Below, piece after piece: positions 12,010-24,900 of a DNA stretch of 64,000 bases. The position numbers and the translations under genes were made by a program. This DNA comes from Lama glama (lineage: Eukaryota). The DNA lies in assembly GCA_028534125.1 (NCBI GenBank), contig CM052816.1, positions 9,178,001 to 9,242,000 of the forward strand, read 5' to 3'. The notes under the pieces are model-generated. The model saw only the letters and a program-made list of their open reading frames with translations, had not been told where the DNA came from and made no database searches. Numbering within the stretch: the stretch's first letter is position 1; each line of letters opens with the position of its first letter.

Positions 12010-12670
12010 CTGAGGCTACCGTGTGGTGTAGCCACAGAGCTTGGGCTCTGGGTCAGGTGATCTGGGATCTGAACCCAGGTTTGTCGTTCCCTGCTGTGTG
12101 TACTTGGGCAAGTCCATCTCCATCGCTAGGTCTCAGTTTTACCCAATGTCAAAAGATGGGCTGGTCTCTAAAAGTCCACAGACCTTTTTGAAAATCTGAA
12201 GATATCTGTGACATCTGCCTTCAGAATTACACACACCCTCATTTTGCATAGAACTTCACAGAGTTGATGGACCCTTTAATGACTCCCTAAGGATGAGTTA
12301 AGAACACCCAGCCCAGGTGACCTGTCAGGACCTGTCCAGGGTTGACATGTCAGAACTTAGGTGATATATATATATAATGCACACACATACACACACACAC
12401 TGTTTATGGAATAAAAATGGAGAAACCCTAAAAGAAGGATCTGGAACCCTTAGTATGCATGACAAGTTCATTAACATTTTCATTAATGTTATTAATGATT
12501 AAGAGCATAGACCTGGGGTTATGCCGCCTGGGTTAAAATCCCAATTCCATGCGAGTGTCTTGTACAAGACAGTTAATCAGTCTGGGCCTCAATTTCTGCA
12601 TCTGTAAGATGGACATATTAATGGCACCAACTTCATAAGGCTGTTCTATGTAACTGCTAGATATTAAATT
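12010..12670. mobile_element. MIR (+), MER103-like hAT MITE (about 12160-12310) and second MIR (+)
   Basis: tacttgggcaagtc..ctcagtttt; gacctttttgaaaatctga..ttttgcatagaacttca..gttaagaacacc; gggcctcaatttctgcatctgtaagatgg. Confidence 0.6.
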
Positions 12671-13669
12671 GTTACTTCTTACTGCCTCTTAAATGAACCA
12701 ACGGTCAGAGAATTTTATATCATAAGAAGTGGTAACTGTTACAGTCTGTGGGCTGAGACCTCTAGTTCAGCTCTTTCACTTTACCATGGGAGAACTAGGA
12801 AAGGGAAGAGCCTTACCCCAGGTCGCCCAGCTCACCCAAGTCAGTGTTGCTCTCTGACACTACCCTTAGACGCTGGGAAGAACCTCAGCTGACATGATGT
12901 CATCGGCATGCCACTTTTCAAGGCAAGAGGAGGCCCGTCTTCTCGGACCACGTCCCGTGCGATTCTGGGCTGTGTTTGTAGAGTTCTCTGATGCCAGCTG
13001 TTTCTGCTTATGCATGTAGAGTGATTCAGGGCAGGTTGGGCATCAGTGGGTATGATTTCTACAAAAGCAGTTTGCAAGAGCTTCTGATTCTACCTGGAAA
13101 TTAGTCACTCCAATTCTAATTATAAGGCTTCTATGACCCCGGCTTCTGTGACTGGCTGCCCCTGGCATTTCAACCACCCAACTACAACACCTGGGGGCTG
13201 CTTAATGTCAACGCCGCTGCAAGAACTGGGACCTCTGGGGGAAACTCTTCTGACCTAATCACCTTACTATCTGGCAAAAACTAAGGTGGACTCCTGTCCA
13301 GAACACTTCTGAGTTCTACCAAGCCCTGGGAAATATAGGATAATCCCATGGAGACCGGGGTTAGCTTTGCTGTGGAAGGAACTGTGGGTTATAGAACTGG
13401 TAGGATGGCTTGTGTTTGCACTCCTTCCTAGGAGCCCAGCAAGGGCTGCGCATTAGCCGCCCGTGAGCACTTCCCTGCCCTGCTGGTTTCAGCGGCTAGT
13501 AGGTGGTTTTGAGAAGAACACTGGGTCCCAGTCCTATGGAGCCTTGAGGAGGGCACTCAGCCTCTCCAAGCTTTGATATCCTCGTCTCTGTGTGATAACT
13601 GTTTTGAGAATTGACTATTAATAATTATAGATAAAACATTTTTAACACTTAATAAGCACAGTATCATTG

Positions 13670-14735
13670 ATAAGGGTATTTACCAAGGGCTTCCCTTGAG
13701 TCTTGCGCTGTGTCATGTGCTTCACAGGGATGACCTCATTTAATGTTCAGAACCATGCTTTGAGGGAAGAAGGTGAGCCCTATTCTTTTTAGAGATGAGG
13801 AAACAGGCTCAGAGAGGTTCAGTGAGTTGCCCTCAACTGATGAAGAACAGGCAGGGGCTCGAACCCAGGGTAGTCTGACTCCAGACTCTGAGCACGTGTC
13901 CATCATGCTCTCTCACTGCCTCACTTTCTCTCTGCCATGTTTACTCTATGTCAGGCCTTGTAGCATCTTAAACGCACTTATAGCACGTTTATCCTCACAC
14001 CAAATGTAGTGTGTGTGAAAACACATGGAGAAGAAAGAGTACTCTACACATGCTCATTTTTACCCCACGTGAAGTTGTCTGGCTGTCACAGTGAATGCCC
14101 CTAGTGTTTTCAAGGGCTGTGTTAAAGGTTTTTGGGGTTCAGAGGGATTGGGGTCTTGAAAGGCCTACAGGAAGTGGTGACAGTTACTCACCGAGTAACT
14201 CTTAATTTGGGTTTTAGGAAGTTGATTTTGTGTGAGATGTGGCTGGGACCTCATGTTTGAAGTCAGACGGTCTGGGCTCTGAAACTTGGTAACTTTGGGA
14301 CCTTGCAGACGTGACTTAACTTCTCTGCATCTCAGTTCTCTTATCTGGAAAAGGGGATATTCTAGAACGTACCTTACAGGGTTGCTCTGAAGATTGAAAT
14401 AGATGATGTATTTAAAGTAGCCCACAGCCTTGTACATAGCAAATATTCAACAAATAATAGCTGTTGTGAGTTTTGCCCTGTGCGCTCTCTGATAGTACTT
14501 ACTGCACTTGCTGGGTGTCAGGCGTTGGGTTAAGCACTTTGTATGCGTTGTTTCATTTCATGCTCGAAACAACCTCGAGGGTAGACATTACTTACATCTC
14601 CATTTTACTAATGGGAAATTGGGTCTTCAAGAATTTAAATAATTTGCCGAAGATCTTATACCTCGTGAGTCACAGGGGCGGGGTTTGAGCTCTGCTGGTC
14701 TAACCCCAGGGTCCGTGTGCTTCACCACCAGGCTG
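13670..14735. mobile_element. Three MIR SINEs (about 13670-13910 -, 14240-14465 +, 14490-14735 -)
   Basis: tttagagatgaggaaacaggctcagagaggtt; tgacttaacttctctgcatctcagtt; ctccattttactaatgggaaattggg. Confidence 0.8.
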
Positions 14736-14841
14736 TCCTCATCTCTTTTGCTCCTGTTTTGACTTCTTCAGCAGCCTTGTCTCCAGGTAAACCTAGTCAC
14801 CCACTCAAGTCGCCTTTCAACTAATTGACAGTACAGCGTAG

Positions 14842-14846
<5 letters not shown>

Positions 14847-14873
<27 letters not shown>
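14847..14873. repeat. (GT)n microsatellite
   Basis: Uninterrupted gt run read directly. Confidence 0.95.
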
Positions 14874-16815
14874 AACAAAGGCCAGCCCACCTGTGAGGAG
14901 ATGCATGAACATTTACACACAAGGAAATTGAGGCCCAGAGTCACACACGTTTGCGTTTCCAAAGAGGAACTGTTGGTCATCTTAATATGAATATATTTTA
15001 TTTATTTTTTGAACATACTTTAAATGACCAATGTCCTAGAGGGAAAGGGTGACTGCAGGTGTGACTATAGAAGGGAATCAGTCAGAGAAAAAGAACAAAC
15101 AGAGCAGCCCACCCCACCCCTGAGTGTTCCATCATGAAATCTCATTTGAGGCTCAGTTTCCCAAGGATGGTTCATCTATGAGAGAATTCAGAAGAAAACT
15201 GGTTTGAAGGAGACACAGATGGAATGAGAAGAAAGGTTGTTTGGAAATGACTCATGGAGGAAAAGCAGTCCCCACCCCATTCAAAACGCACACACACGTA
15301 CACACACACATACATAAGTGTGTGCACACAAGTGCACCCCCTCTGCCAATAACCCATTCTTTTCTGTTGTATCACATTCTCTCCACAGTGCACATGGATT
15401 GATCCATAGGGATGGTTCCTTAATATTCTGGTTGCTACTTAGCCCATGCCAGCTGCCTCTGAGTTGCAGCTTGTTGAATATCTTGGGTTTCTGTGACTGT
15501 CTGCTGTGTCCCTGCCCAAAGTCCCCTGAATGGGTAACACCCAGCATCCATGCATTGAAGGATGGCACAAAATCTTATAGGACAGGGAAAGTACTGGTGT
15601 AGTCTGGACAATATAGAATTATGCCAACAACTGTGCTAATATAAATAAGCACTTTGAAAATGTCAACACTGCAATCTCTTAAACTCAGATTTAAGTCCTT
15701 CCCTCAGGGTGATCCCCAAGAATACGTAGTTCTGTTGGCCAAGCAATGGTTCCTGCCCAATGACTGAATAACTAAGGTGCAATTTCTGATACGTGTGGGA
15801 AATTTGGAGATGTTCCCATCTATGTTTCTGCTGCTTGAGAGGTGGTCCTAGGTTCAGATCTCAGCTCAGGGTACTTAGTATCTGTGAGGCTTTAGAAAAT
15901 CCCTTTACTGTTCAGAGCCATGGTTCTTTCAGTGTAAAGTGGGGGTAACAAATACCTGTATCACAAAATTGTAAAATTAATGAGTTAATGTGTCTGAAGC
16001 ACTTAGCACAGTGCCTGTAATATACGAGATACTACGTTATGGGTATGTTTAAGCCTATAATGTAAAGAAAAAAAAAAGGAATCATAAAGAGAATTCAGTG
16101 ACTCCAAAAGGAACCCAGAGAAATTTAAAGAAAATAAGTTACAAAACAATGACAAGAGCAAATTCCTTCATGACCCAAGACGTTGTTTTGTGTGTGTTGT
16201 ATGTGTTTCTATGAGTGTGTGTGGTTGGGGTTGTTTTTATTTCCCTCATGTTTGGGTTCAGCAGGACACAACTAGACTGAATAAATCAACATCCCAAATC
16301 CAAAGAAGAAAGCAAAGTTACTACCGTTGAAAATCAGAGTTATGGGGATTATGTTTTTTGAACTGTAAGAGGGAAAACATGACCTGACCTAGGATTTTTG
16401 GCTCTTCTTTGGAGAGAGGGGCAGTTTGCCAGATGCAGATTTGACACAGAATTGAAAGGTCCCCCAAATTCCTGTTTTTTAATGGAAAAATTATTTGAAA
16501 TAGGGATAATGTTGAAAAACATAATTATAAGAGCTACAGACCCATAGTCACAAACATGTATTTAGAGTCAAGTTTATAAAATTAGTTTTTAATATATTTT
16601 AAAAAACTTGAATGTTATTGTTTCACATCCAGTGCAAACCTTTTCAAATCCAATAGGAAAAAAATCCTAACTTCAAATTTTAATTTTGAGGTATTTAAAG
16701 CAAACCCCCCAGCTATTTGTAACCCTTCACTAAGAAAGGGCAGGGTCTCACATAAATGAGCATAAATGACTTCTAAGAGCAACTCAGGGTCGTAGAAACT
16801 TGTAATTTGAGGCAA

Positions 16816-17350
16816 TTTTCCAGTTATTTATCGTTGTATAACAAACCACTCCAAAGCATTGTGACTTCAAACAACACCTTATTATCTCTCTTGATCTGTT
16901 GGGTTGACTGGGTTCACCTGGGAAGTTCTCTCTTGGGGTCTGTCATGCAGTAGCAGTCACGTGGTGGCTGGGGCTGGAGTAATGCAAAGGCTTGACCTGG
17001 CTGGGCATCCAAGATGGCTTCCTTGCAAGTTGGTGGTGAATGCTGGCCGTTGGCTGGGAGCTCAGCTGAGGCTGTGGTCACCAGGAGTGCTGAGACATGG
17101 CCTTCCCATGGGGCTTAGGCTTCTTGCAGCATGGTGGCTGGGATTCCAAAAAGAGCATTCCAGGAACTGGCCTTCCAGGAGTCTAAAGTGGGAGCCACAA
17201 AACTTCTTATGACTTAGCTTTATAAGTTACACAGGGTCACTGCTGCCTTTTGTTGGTTACACAGGTCCGACTTAGGTTTGGCATGGGAGGGGACTACTTG
17301 GTGGCATGAATACTGGGATGTGTGGTTCACTGGGGGACATCTCTGAAGAC
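16816..17350 (-). mobile_element. MaLR solo LTR (MLT1H-like)
   Basis: ccagttatttatcgttgtataacaaaccactccaaa...ggctggggctggagt...catccaagatggc...cttcactgggggacatctctgaagac resembles antisense MLT1. Confidence 0.8.
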
Positions 17351-18209
17351 AAGATACCAAAGGGGCTTTATAAGACAAGATGGTGCTCCCATCCAGGGTG
17401 GGGTTTTTGAAAATTGCTTTCATTTTCATGGAAAAAAGGGAAAGGTGCTTTGTTGCCTACTTTTCACAAAATCCAGCTGGTTTTCTTCAGCCTTCCACCG
17501 TGGAGCTCCTTGCACACATGCACAGGTTTTTATTGTCTAGTGAGGCTTGAAGAAATCAATCTTATCTCTAAGAGATGCAAGAATGATATTAGGCAGGTCA
17601 CCTCTGCCCCCAAACTGGTCAGGTGAGACTCTGCCCCTGGCCAGAGGCGGGTGCAGCAGCATCCTTAAGTCCTTCTTGTGGGCATCTGGAGGAGTGGTAG
17701 AAGTGGAGATGGACTCACCTTTAGGTGCACTTAGTATAAAAACTCAACTTGGGCTACAGAGTGATTTTTAGATAAGAAAACCCATGTTCTAAAGAACCCC
17801 CTCAGTTTTTGGATGAGGTCTAGAGTGAGGACGTGACTTGGCAAGCTTTACATGTTAGTTAAGTGGTGTGGGAGTGACCAGAACTTTGTTCTTCTAAGTC
17901 TTAATCTGATGATCCTCACTGAATCATTCCACCTCCTTCATTGTAGGGTTTCCCTTTGTTTCTGTAGTAGTTCCTTGGACCTAGTTTTTTCAGTGTTTGT
18001 ATGTAGTGAGGCCCTCGGAAAAGTACTGTAAGTTAGCTTGAGTGGGAAACCCAGACAAATACATGGGATTCATATGGAATATGCCTGAGACCATGGGTGT
18101 AAAAACTATGCAGTTCTCTGGGATGGGGCTGAGAGCTGGAGGCCCAGTCTTACCTCTCTCTGAAAAGGCCATGGGAGGGTTTCAACTTGGGTAAGTAACT
18201 CCAAATTTA

Positions 18210-19440
18210 TACATGCATTCAGCAAATAATTACTAGATTCCTTTTGTTAGTCCAGCACTGCTCCAGCCTCTAGAAATAGACCAGTGAGCAAAACTTGTAA
18301 AATTCCTGACCTCCAGGAACTTACACTCCAGTGAGAATATTCCTGAACATTCCCAATGGTGGAAAATGGACCAATCTTTTTTCAGAACAAAAATGGTTGA
18401 CAATTATGTATTTTTTCCTCCATACAGATAAGGTACTATGCTGAAAATTTAAATTAAATTTAGAAGCAGTTGCTTTACACATTGCTTCTAACAAGCAAGC
18501 TAATAAGAGGATTATGGAATGGACCTAAAATAAACAATTTCCAATTTTAGAATTAGGCACAATGAATTCTCATGAAAGAGATTAGTTACTGAGTTAATTC
18601 TTCATTTTCCAAAAATTATTTCATAAACAATAATTCCTTGGCATGGAACTGGGGTCTTTGAAAACTTTGCCTCTCCTCGGAATTCTTGATATGATCTCAT
18701 CTTTTGCATTGTTAAATAATCTCTACCCTTTTGGGTGTAACCGATTTAACAAGTTAACACTCGATGCTGTTGAGACAACCTGTCCCTTACAGAAGCAAGA
18801 CAGAGCAGGACTGGGCAATTACGGCATGGGAATGGGATTTAGGCCCCTCAAGTCTGGTTGTCTGAGAAATTCTCGTGCTCCCATTTGACCTGTGACACCT
18901 AGAAGTCACCCTGAGAGATGTCTTAAACAGTTGTCAGAGAAGATATCTGTCACTTAGTTAAAGCTGTTGTGAGTATGAATTATTTGATAACATCTGTTTT
19001 TCTAGTAATCATTCAACAAACATTTATTGAGAATCTGTTATGTGCCAGACAGGACAGCTAATAGAAGTTCCTACCCTGACAGAGCTTAACTTCCACTGGG
19101 GCCGAGAGTAAACAAATGAGTGAAGGTGGGAATTAGTAGAAGAAAGTAAGATAGTGACATGTGATAGTGCATGATTGGGGGTTATTCCATTTATGGTGGG
19201 AACCAGCCTAGAATTTGGTTGTGTCTGATTGCTGTTCAAACCAGCTTTCAGAAGAAGATTGTGCAGGATAATGAGAGCACGGGACACAAGGTTGGAAGAT
19301 CTGAGTCCTCTGACTAGCTTTGCAGTGAGTAACTTTGTGTGATCTTGGCTTTTCAAGGCCTCTGTTTCTTCACGGACTGTCATTAAGAGCTAGGACTTGC
19401 TGGAAGATCTTGAAGGTTCTTTTAGTTCTAACCTTTAAAA
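18210..19440. mobile_element. L2 3' ends (about 18210-18335 -, 19005-19200 -) and MIR3-like fragment (about 19255-19440) with unique spacers
   Basis: cattcagcaaataattact; tcattcaacaaacatttattgag...tatgtgccagac. Confidence 0.65.
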
Positions 19441-19769
19441 CTCATGTTATCTGTGTTAACATTTAGGAATCATATGATTTGTTATTAGGTTTTAAGAATA
19501 CCTGGGCATGGTAATGTTGCCTATAGAAAGGTAAACTTCAGAGCAATGTCTGTTTTCTTATTAATGCTTAGTGTTTAACTGCTTCTGATTCCAGAGCTCT
19601 TTTCCCATACATCTTTCTCTTGATCATAAAAATCCTTTAGAGATGAAGAAACTGAAGTTTAAAGCAGCTAAGTGACATACCCAATTTCACACGGGCAATA
19701 AACCCGGGGTCTATGGAGCAGGGCCTTAATGAGAGACAGTGATTATGACTGGATCAAAAGTGATCGACT

Positions 19770-20411
19770 AAAATGACAAGATTTCCTCCTTTTTTTTTAA
19801 GACTGAATAATATTCCCTTGTGTGTTTCTACATATATAATCTCACATTTTCTTATCTATTCGTTTGGTGACAAGTGCTTTGGTTGTTTCCTTACCTTGGC
19901 AGCTGTGAATAATGCTGTAATAAACATGAAGAAAATCCTACCACTGGGGCAATAATAGTTGAACCTGGAGAGCATTATGCTATCTGAGATAAACCGGACA
20001 CAGAAAGACAGATACTGCATGATGTCACTCATATATGCAACCTAAAACTGTTCCAATTCTTACACGCAGAGAGGACAGTGGTTACCAGGGACACGAAATG
20101 TGGGAAGTGGGGAAATGTTGATCAAAGCTTCAGGTATGCAGGATGAGTAAGTTCTCGGGATCTAATGTACGGCCTGTTGACTACAGTTAACAAGGCTGTA
20201 TTGTATACTTGAAACTTGCTAAGAGAGTAGATTTTAATTATCACCACCCCTCCCCCCACACAAAAAAAACTATGTGAGGTGATTGATATGTTAATTAGCT
20301 TGATTGTGGTAAACAGTTCACAGTGTGTACATGTATCAAATAATGACATTGTGCCATGTTGTACATACAATTTTTATTCGCCAATTATACCTCAAGAGAG
20401 CTGGAAAAAAA
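19770..20411 (+). mobile_element. 5'-inverted L1 (L1MA-like) 3' end: 19770-19928 antisense joined to 19929-20411 sense with A tail
   Basis: Antisense CATGTTTATTACAGCATTATTCACAGCTGCCAAGG...AAGGAGGAAATCTTGTCATTT, followed by the sense continuation aagaaaatcctacc...gaacctggagagcattatgct...caattatacctcaagagagctggaaaaaaa. Confidence 0.85.
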
Positions 20412-20672
20412 CTAGAAAATGAACGAATAAAAAAACTCAGCCTTACTCAAAGATGTTGAACCAGTGATCTTTAACTTCCTTTCAAGCATCAGGGTTTTGC
20501 ATTTGTGTCTTTTTCTCTATGAGTCTCATGCCACAAAAATCACTGTGTGATATCTGTAGATTTCTTTGCCCCTATCAAGGACATGAAGTCCCTGAAGCCT
20601 TGATGGAGATATGACCATGTAGCTAAACCTATATAACATGACTTCCCACCTGTTTTAAAATGAAGGTGACTA

Positions 20673-21290
20673 CATTCCTGCTGGGAATGCAAAGTGAAAC
20701 AGCTACTTTGGAAAATGCTTTGACAGCTCCTTATAAATTAAACATACACTTAAACCAGACTTCCACTCCTAGGTATTTATTCTAGAGACAAAAAGTCTTG
20801 TGCACATAAAAGCCTATAAGAAATGTTTATGGTGGCTTTATTCATAGTTGCCAAAACAGAAACACTGAGATGTCCTTCCACTGATGAATGGATAAACAAA
20901 CTATGGTACATACACACAGTGGAGTACTACTCAGTAACAAAAAGGGACAGATTCCTGATACCTGCAACAACTTGGATGGGTTTCAAATATATTATGCTAA
21001 TTGAAGCAAGTCAGACTCCAAAGGCTATTTACTGTATGAGTCCATTGATATGACATTTGGGGAAACTATAAGTTCAGAAAACAGATCTGTGATTGCAGGT
21101 GCTGGGAGTGGGAGCAGGGCCGATTAGCAAGGGACAGGAGGGAATTGCTTGAAGTGTTGGAGTGGTTCTCTGTTTTGGTTGGGGCGGTGGTAACACAACT
21201 GAGTGCATTTTTCTAAACTCATAGAACTGTGTAACTAAAAAGGATGAATTTGACTGTATGTATATTATATTTTATAACCCTCAAAAAAAG
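20673..21290 (+). mobile_element. Old L1 (L1MB/ME-like) ORF2 end and 3' UTR
   Basis: The ORF at 20823 (MFMVALFIVAK...CPSTDEWINKLWYIHTVEYYS) is the decayed L1 ORF2 C-terminus, followed by typical 3' UTR. Confidence 0.85.
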
Positions 21291-22089
21291 TAGTAATATA
21301 TACTTGTGTGTGTGTTGATTTTAAAATGCTTTGAGTGAATAGCTTTCTGTTAGAAAAGCACCCCATTCTTATACAGTGTCTATTTTCTGAGGACATCAGA
21401 TGGGATCAGAATTAATAAACATTCCATCAGGAAGAATCTCAGTTAACCAGATCAGCTTGCCCAAGCTGGGGGGAACCAGGAAAACCAGTTTATGAATCAG
21501 TGAGTAACCATTATCACTTCAGTCTCCAGGACTCACTTTTCTTATCCTCTGTTTTGTCAACTTTTAAAATGCTGCTTCTGTAATCCATTGTGCTTTTACC
21601 ATCATCACTCATTTCAACCAAATATAGGTTGCAAACTGTTCGAGGTCAGGGAAGTGGGTGGAGCACAAAGCACACCAGATCACACAGGAAGCAGGTTTTC
21701 CCTTTAGAGTGTAAGTTCTCTGAGGACAGGTACCAGGAAGAAATTTACCTATGGGACCAAGCACAGTTCTTTGAGGGCAGGAACACTCACTAAACCTCTA
21801 AGCAAATGTGGACGTTTACTCTTCTGGAACACATGCTGACAAATTCCTTCCCATATCCCAACCTGAAAGACCGAGCCTTGGGAGAAAATGGAACACTTCC
21901 CAGTCCAGAATGAGGCAGAGGGCTGAGTCAGGGGTTTCATCTTAGTCAAAAGGATGCACCACTTAACACATCTTCTTTCGTCTCTCCTGGCATATCTTTA
22001 TCATGAATCATGAGCCCAGATGAACCCCCAGGGTTCTTCTCAGTATAGTTCTTCAGGTAGTCACTCTCAGTCCACTGGACTTGGCATCT

Positions 22090-22570
22090 GTATGCAGGTC
22101 CTTTTGACTGCAGGACACAGATGGTGAAGCAAACTGGCTTAAATATTTTATTTTAAATAATTAAAATAATAATAAGAAAAAAGAAATATATTGGTCCCAT
22201 GTGACTTAACAACTAAGCTGGCTCCAGGAGCAGGTTGGCAGTACCTCAAAGATGTCACCGTCTCGTCTCTGCTTCCCTCCGTCCCTCCTCTGTTCCTGAG
22301 TTCCAAGCAGTTTCATCATGGTGACCAGCAGCTCCACATCTTACATCCTCCTCCCCCAGGTTTGGTAGTGACAGCGAAGAGAGCATCTTATTCCACAGTG
22401 CTTTGGGCCTGATGATCACTGTGGTGGGGTAGAATTCCACTGTTGCGCCAGCTGGGGACGCATAGACCCAGGGATGAAGCACACAGGAAGGAGCAGGAGC
22501 CCCTCAAATAGGAAAGTAGAATGTTGCTACTGGAAGGGGACCATTCAGTTTGGTGGGATGAAACCAGTGT
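22090..22570 (-). mobile_element. Diverged MaLR LTR (MLT1J/K/L-like)
   Basis: cttttgactgcagg..caaactggcttaaat..attggtcccatgtgact..ccagcagctcc..atcactgtgg. Confidence 0.55.
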
Positions 22571-23389
22571 GTCTTATATCATCTAAAATCTGATCACTCA
22601 GAGCAGTTTAGCTCCCACATATGCAGACGTAGGAAGAAGGGGGCTGCATTTGGTTTCCTAGAACATCGATCTGGGTGAACTGAGTCCCAGAATTCAGCAT
22701 GCATCCGTGGAGCTGCTCCCACTCCCAGTGAATTTGTTTCTTGGTGTTCTTTGCTTACTCTCTGCCTCTTTCTGGGTCAGCTTCCACTCAGGACCTGGCC
22801 TGTCCTCTCTACCACCATGTACCTCAGGCCGTAGTCATCTTCATGGCCAGGTGACCTTCAGCAGAGATAACAGTGAGAGTTTCTCAAAAGGAACTCTTAC
22901 TTAAAAAGGTGATTAAAAAAAAAGGAAACCAATGAAGCAAAGTAAAACAAAATATGGTGTTTAAAATGCCTTAACAGGATGTATTTTTTACAGCGTGTGG
23001 TTTCAAATTAAGTAAAGCCTAGCCATAGAATAAATGTCAGAGCAGAAGAGGACTTTAAAAAGTTTCCATTTCACGCTCCTTATCTTATAGGTGGAGGCAC
23101 TGAAGCCCTGGGAAGGAGTGTTTCCCAGATTTAACATCAGCATCAATGTCGATGTCAGCGTCAGAGCTGCTCCACGACCAACATCTTTTCCTTGTGTAGT
23201 TCAGTTTCCAGATATGATGCTCCTGCTGCTACAGCCCCGTAAAATGATCTTTCATAAGGCCCACATATGTTGAAATGGTTCTTTTTTTTTTAGCAATCTC
23301 TGTGCTAGCAAAATTTTTTTTAGCAATCTATATGAACAGATAATGCATCACCATGGTTCCCAAATAAAAAATTAACAGGTAATGGCAGA

Positions 23390-24465
23390 ACTGCTCTCTT
23401 TCCCCTGCCCCCATTTCCCCTATCTATAGGAAATGATTTTTATTAGTTTCTTGTGTACTCTTCTAGGGATGTTTTGTGCATATATAAACAATTCCATGAC
23501 ATACTATCTCTGTTTAGACATAAATTACAGCATGCTATATTCTCTGCTTTGCATTTTGCTTTTTCCAATCAAGTTTTTATCTTGGAAAACTTTCCATATG
23601 GGTTTATAGAGTGCATCTTCATTCATCTTTATAGCTGCAAAGTTTTCCATTGCACGACTGGGATCATAGTTTATTTAGCTGGTTCTCTAATGGTGTCAAC
23701 TTTGATGGTTTTCAACATTTTGCTATTATAAACAGCACTGCAACAATAACTTTATATACATTGTTTCTTGTACTTGTGATTATATATGTGAGATCAATTC
23801 CACAGAAATGAAATAGAATGCTAAGGGTATGTGTGTGTTTTTTTAATTTTTAAATTTTTTTTACTTTTTTAAATTGAGATATAGTCATTTTACAATATTG
23901 TGTCAAATTCCAGTGTAGAGCACAATTTTTCAGTTATACATGAACATACATATATTCATTGTCACATTTTTTTTTTGCTGTGAGCTACCACAAGATCTTG
24001 TATATATTTCCCTGTGCTATACAGTATAATCTTGTTTATCTATTCTACATATGCCTGTCAGTATCTACAAATTTTGAACTCCCAGTCTGTCCCTTCCCAC
24101 CCTCCGGCCCCTTGGCAACCACAAGTCTGTATTCTACGTCTATGAGTCTGTTTCTGTTTTGTATTTATGTTCTTTTTTTTTAGATTCCACATATAAGCGA
24201 TCTCATATGGTATTTTTCTTTCTCTTTCTGGCTTACTTCACTTAGAATGACCTTCTCCAGGGACATCCATGTTGCTGCAAATGGCGTTGTGTGTGTTTGT
24301 TGTTTCAATAGATGTTGCCAAACTACCCCCAATAGTAGTTGTGCCAGTATAGACTCCTATAATATTTGAGAGTGCTTCTTCTTCCAGGTCCTCTCCAGTG
24401 CAGCCTGATACCAAAATTTGTGCCTTTGCATGTTTGATGGTAGTGAGATGGTATCTCAACACTTT
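23390..24465 (-). mobile_element. Old L1ME-like fragment interrupted by a younger L1
   Basis: ttttgctattataaacagcactgcaac..aagggtatgtg | resumes tttcaatagatgttgccaaactaccccc..gtgagatggtatctca. Confidence 0.75.
23841..24287 (-). mobile_element. Young camelid-type L1, 5'-truncated, with 11-bp TSD TGTGTGTGTTT (23830-23840 and 24288-24298)
   Basis: Poly(T) start, then ttgagatatagtcattttacaatattgtgtcaaattccagtgtagagcac...ttagattccacatataagcga...gttgctgcaaatggc; perfect flanking direct repeat. Confidence 0.9.
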
Positions 24466-24639
24466 TTCATTTCAAACTATAGAACTGTAAACATTAATGA
24501 CTGAATCTCCCTTCCTCATTTCTTCTGAATCTCCCTTCCAGAATAATTTCTAGGATAATTTTGATGATAGTAATTTCATTAGGTAACTTTTTTTTTTTTA
24601 CTCAAAATACATCATTAGCATTATTCAAAACATACAGAT

Positions 24640-24900
24640 CTGCCTCATTCATTCATAGGACAGTTGTTTCCTGAGCATTTATCAGGTTTTAGGCTCTGGA
24701 GATAAAGCCCTTAAAGAAGACAGATACATTCCCTGTCTCACGGGGCTTACCCTCTGATTGGGAAGATGTGAAAATGGATGAACAAATGGACTATTGTTTC
24801 AGAGAATGTTAAGTGCCCTGAACAATGCCCAGGGTGAACTGGTCTAGGGGCTAAGGTGGGGGCACAGCCTGACTCCCCCAGCTCTCCCCGAGATCACTAG
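24640..24900 (-). mobile_element. L2 fragment
   Basis: ctgagcatttatcagg..ggctctggagata..acagatacattccctgtctcacggggcttac. Confidence 0.65.

Noticed and set aside
18460..18491. 9-bp inverted repeat TTAGAAGCA/TGCTTCTAA
   Set aside because: A short AT-rich hairpin, compatible with chance.
20823..21053. Protein-like ORF (and the similar ORF at 59146-59346)
   Set aside because: Decayed L1 ORF2 C-terminus, not a host gene.
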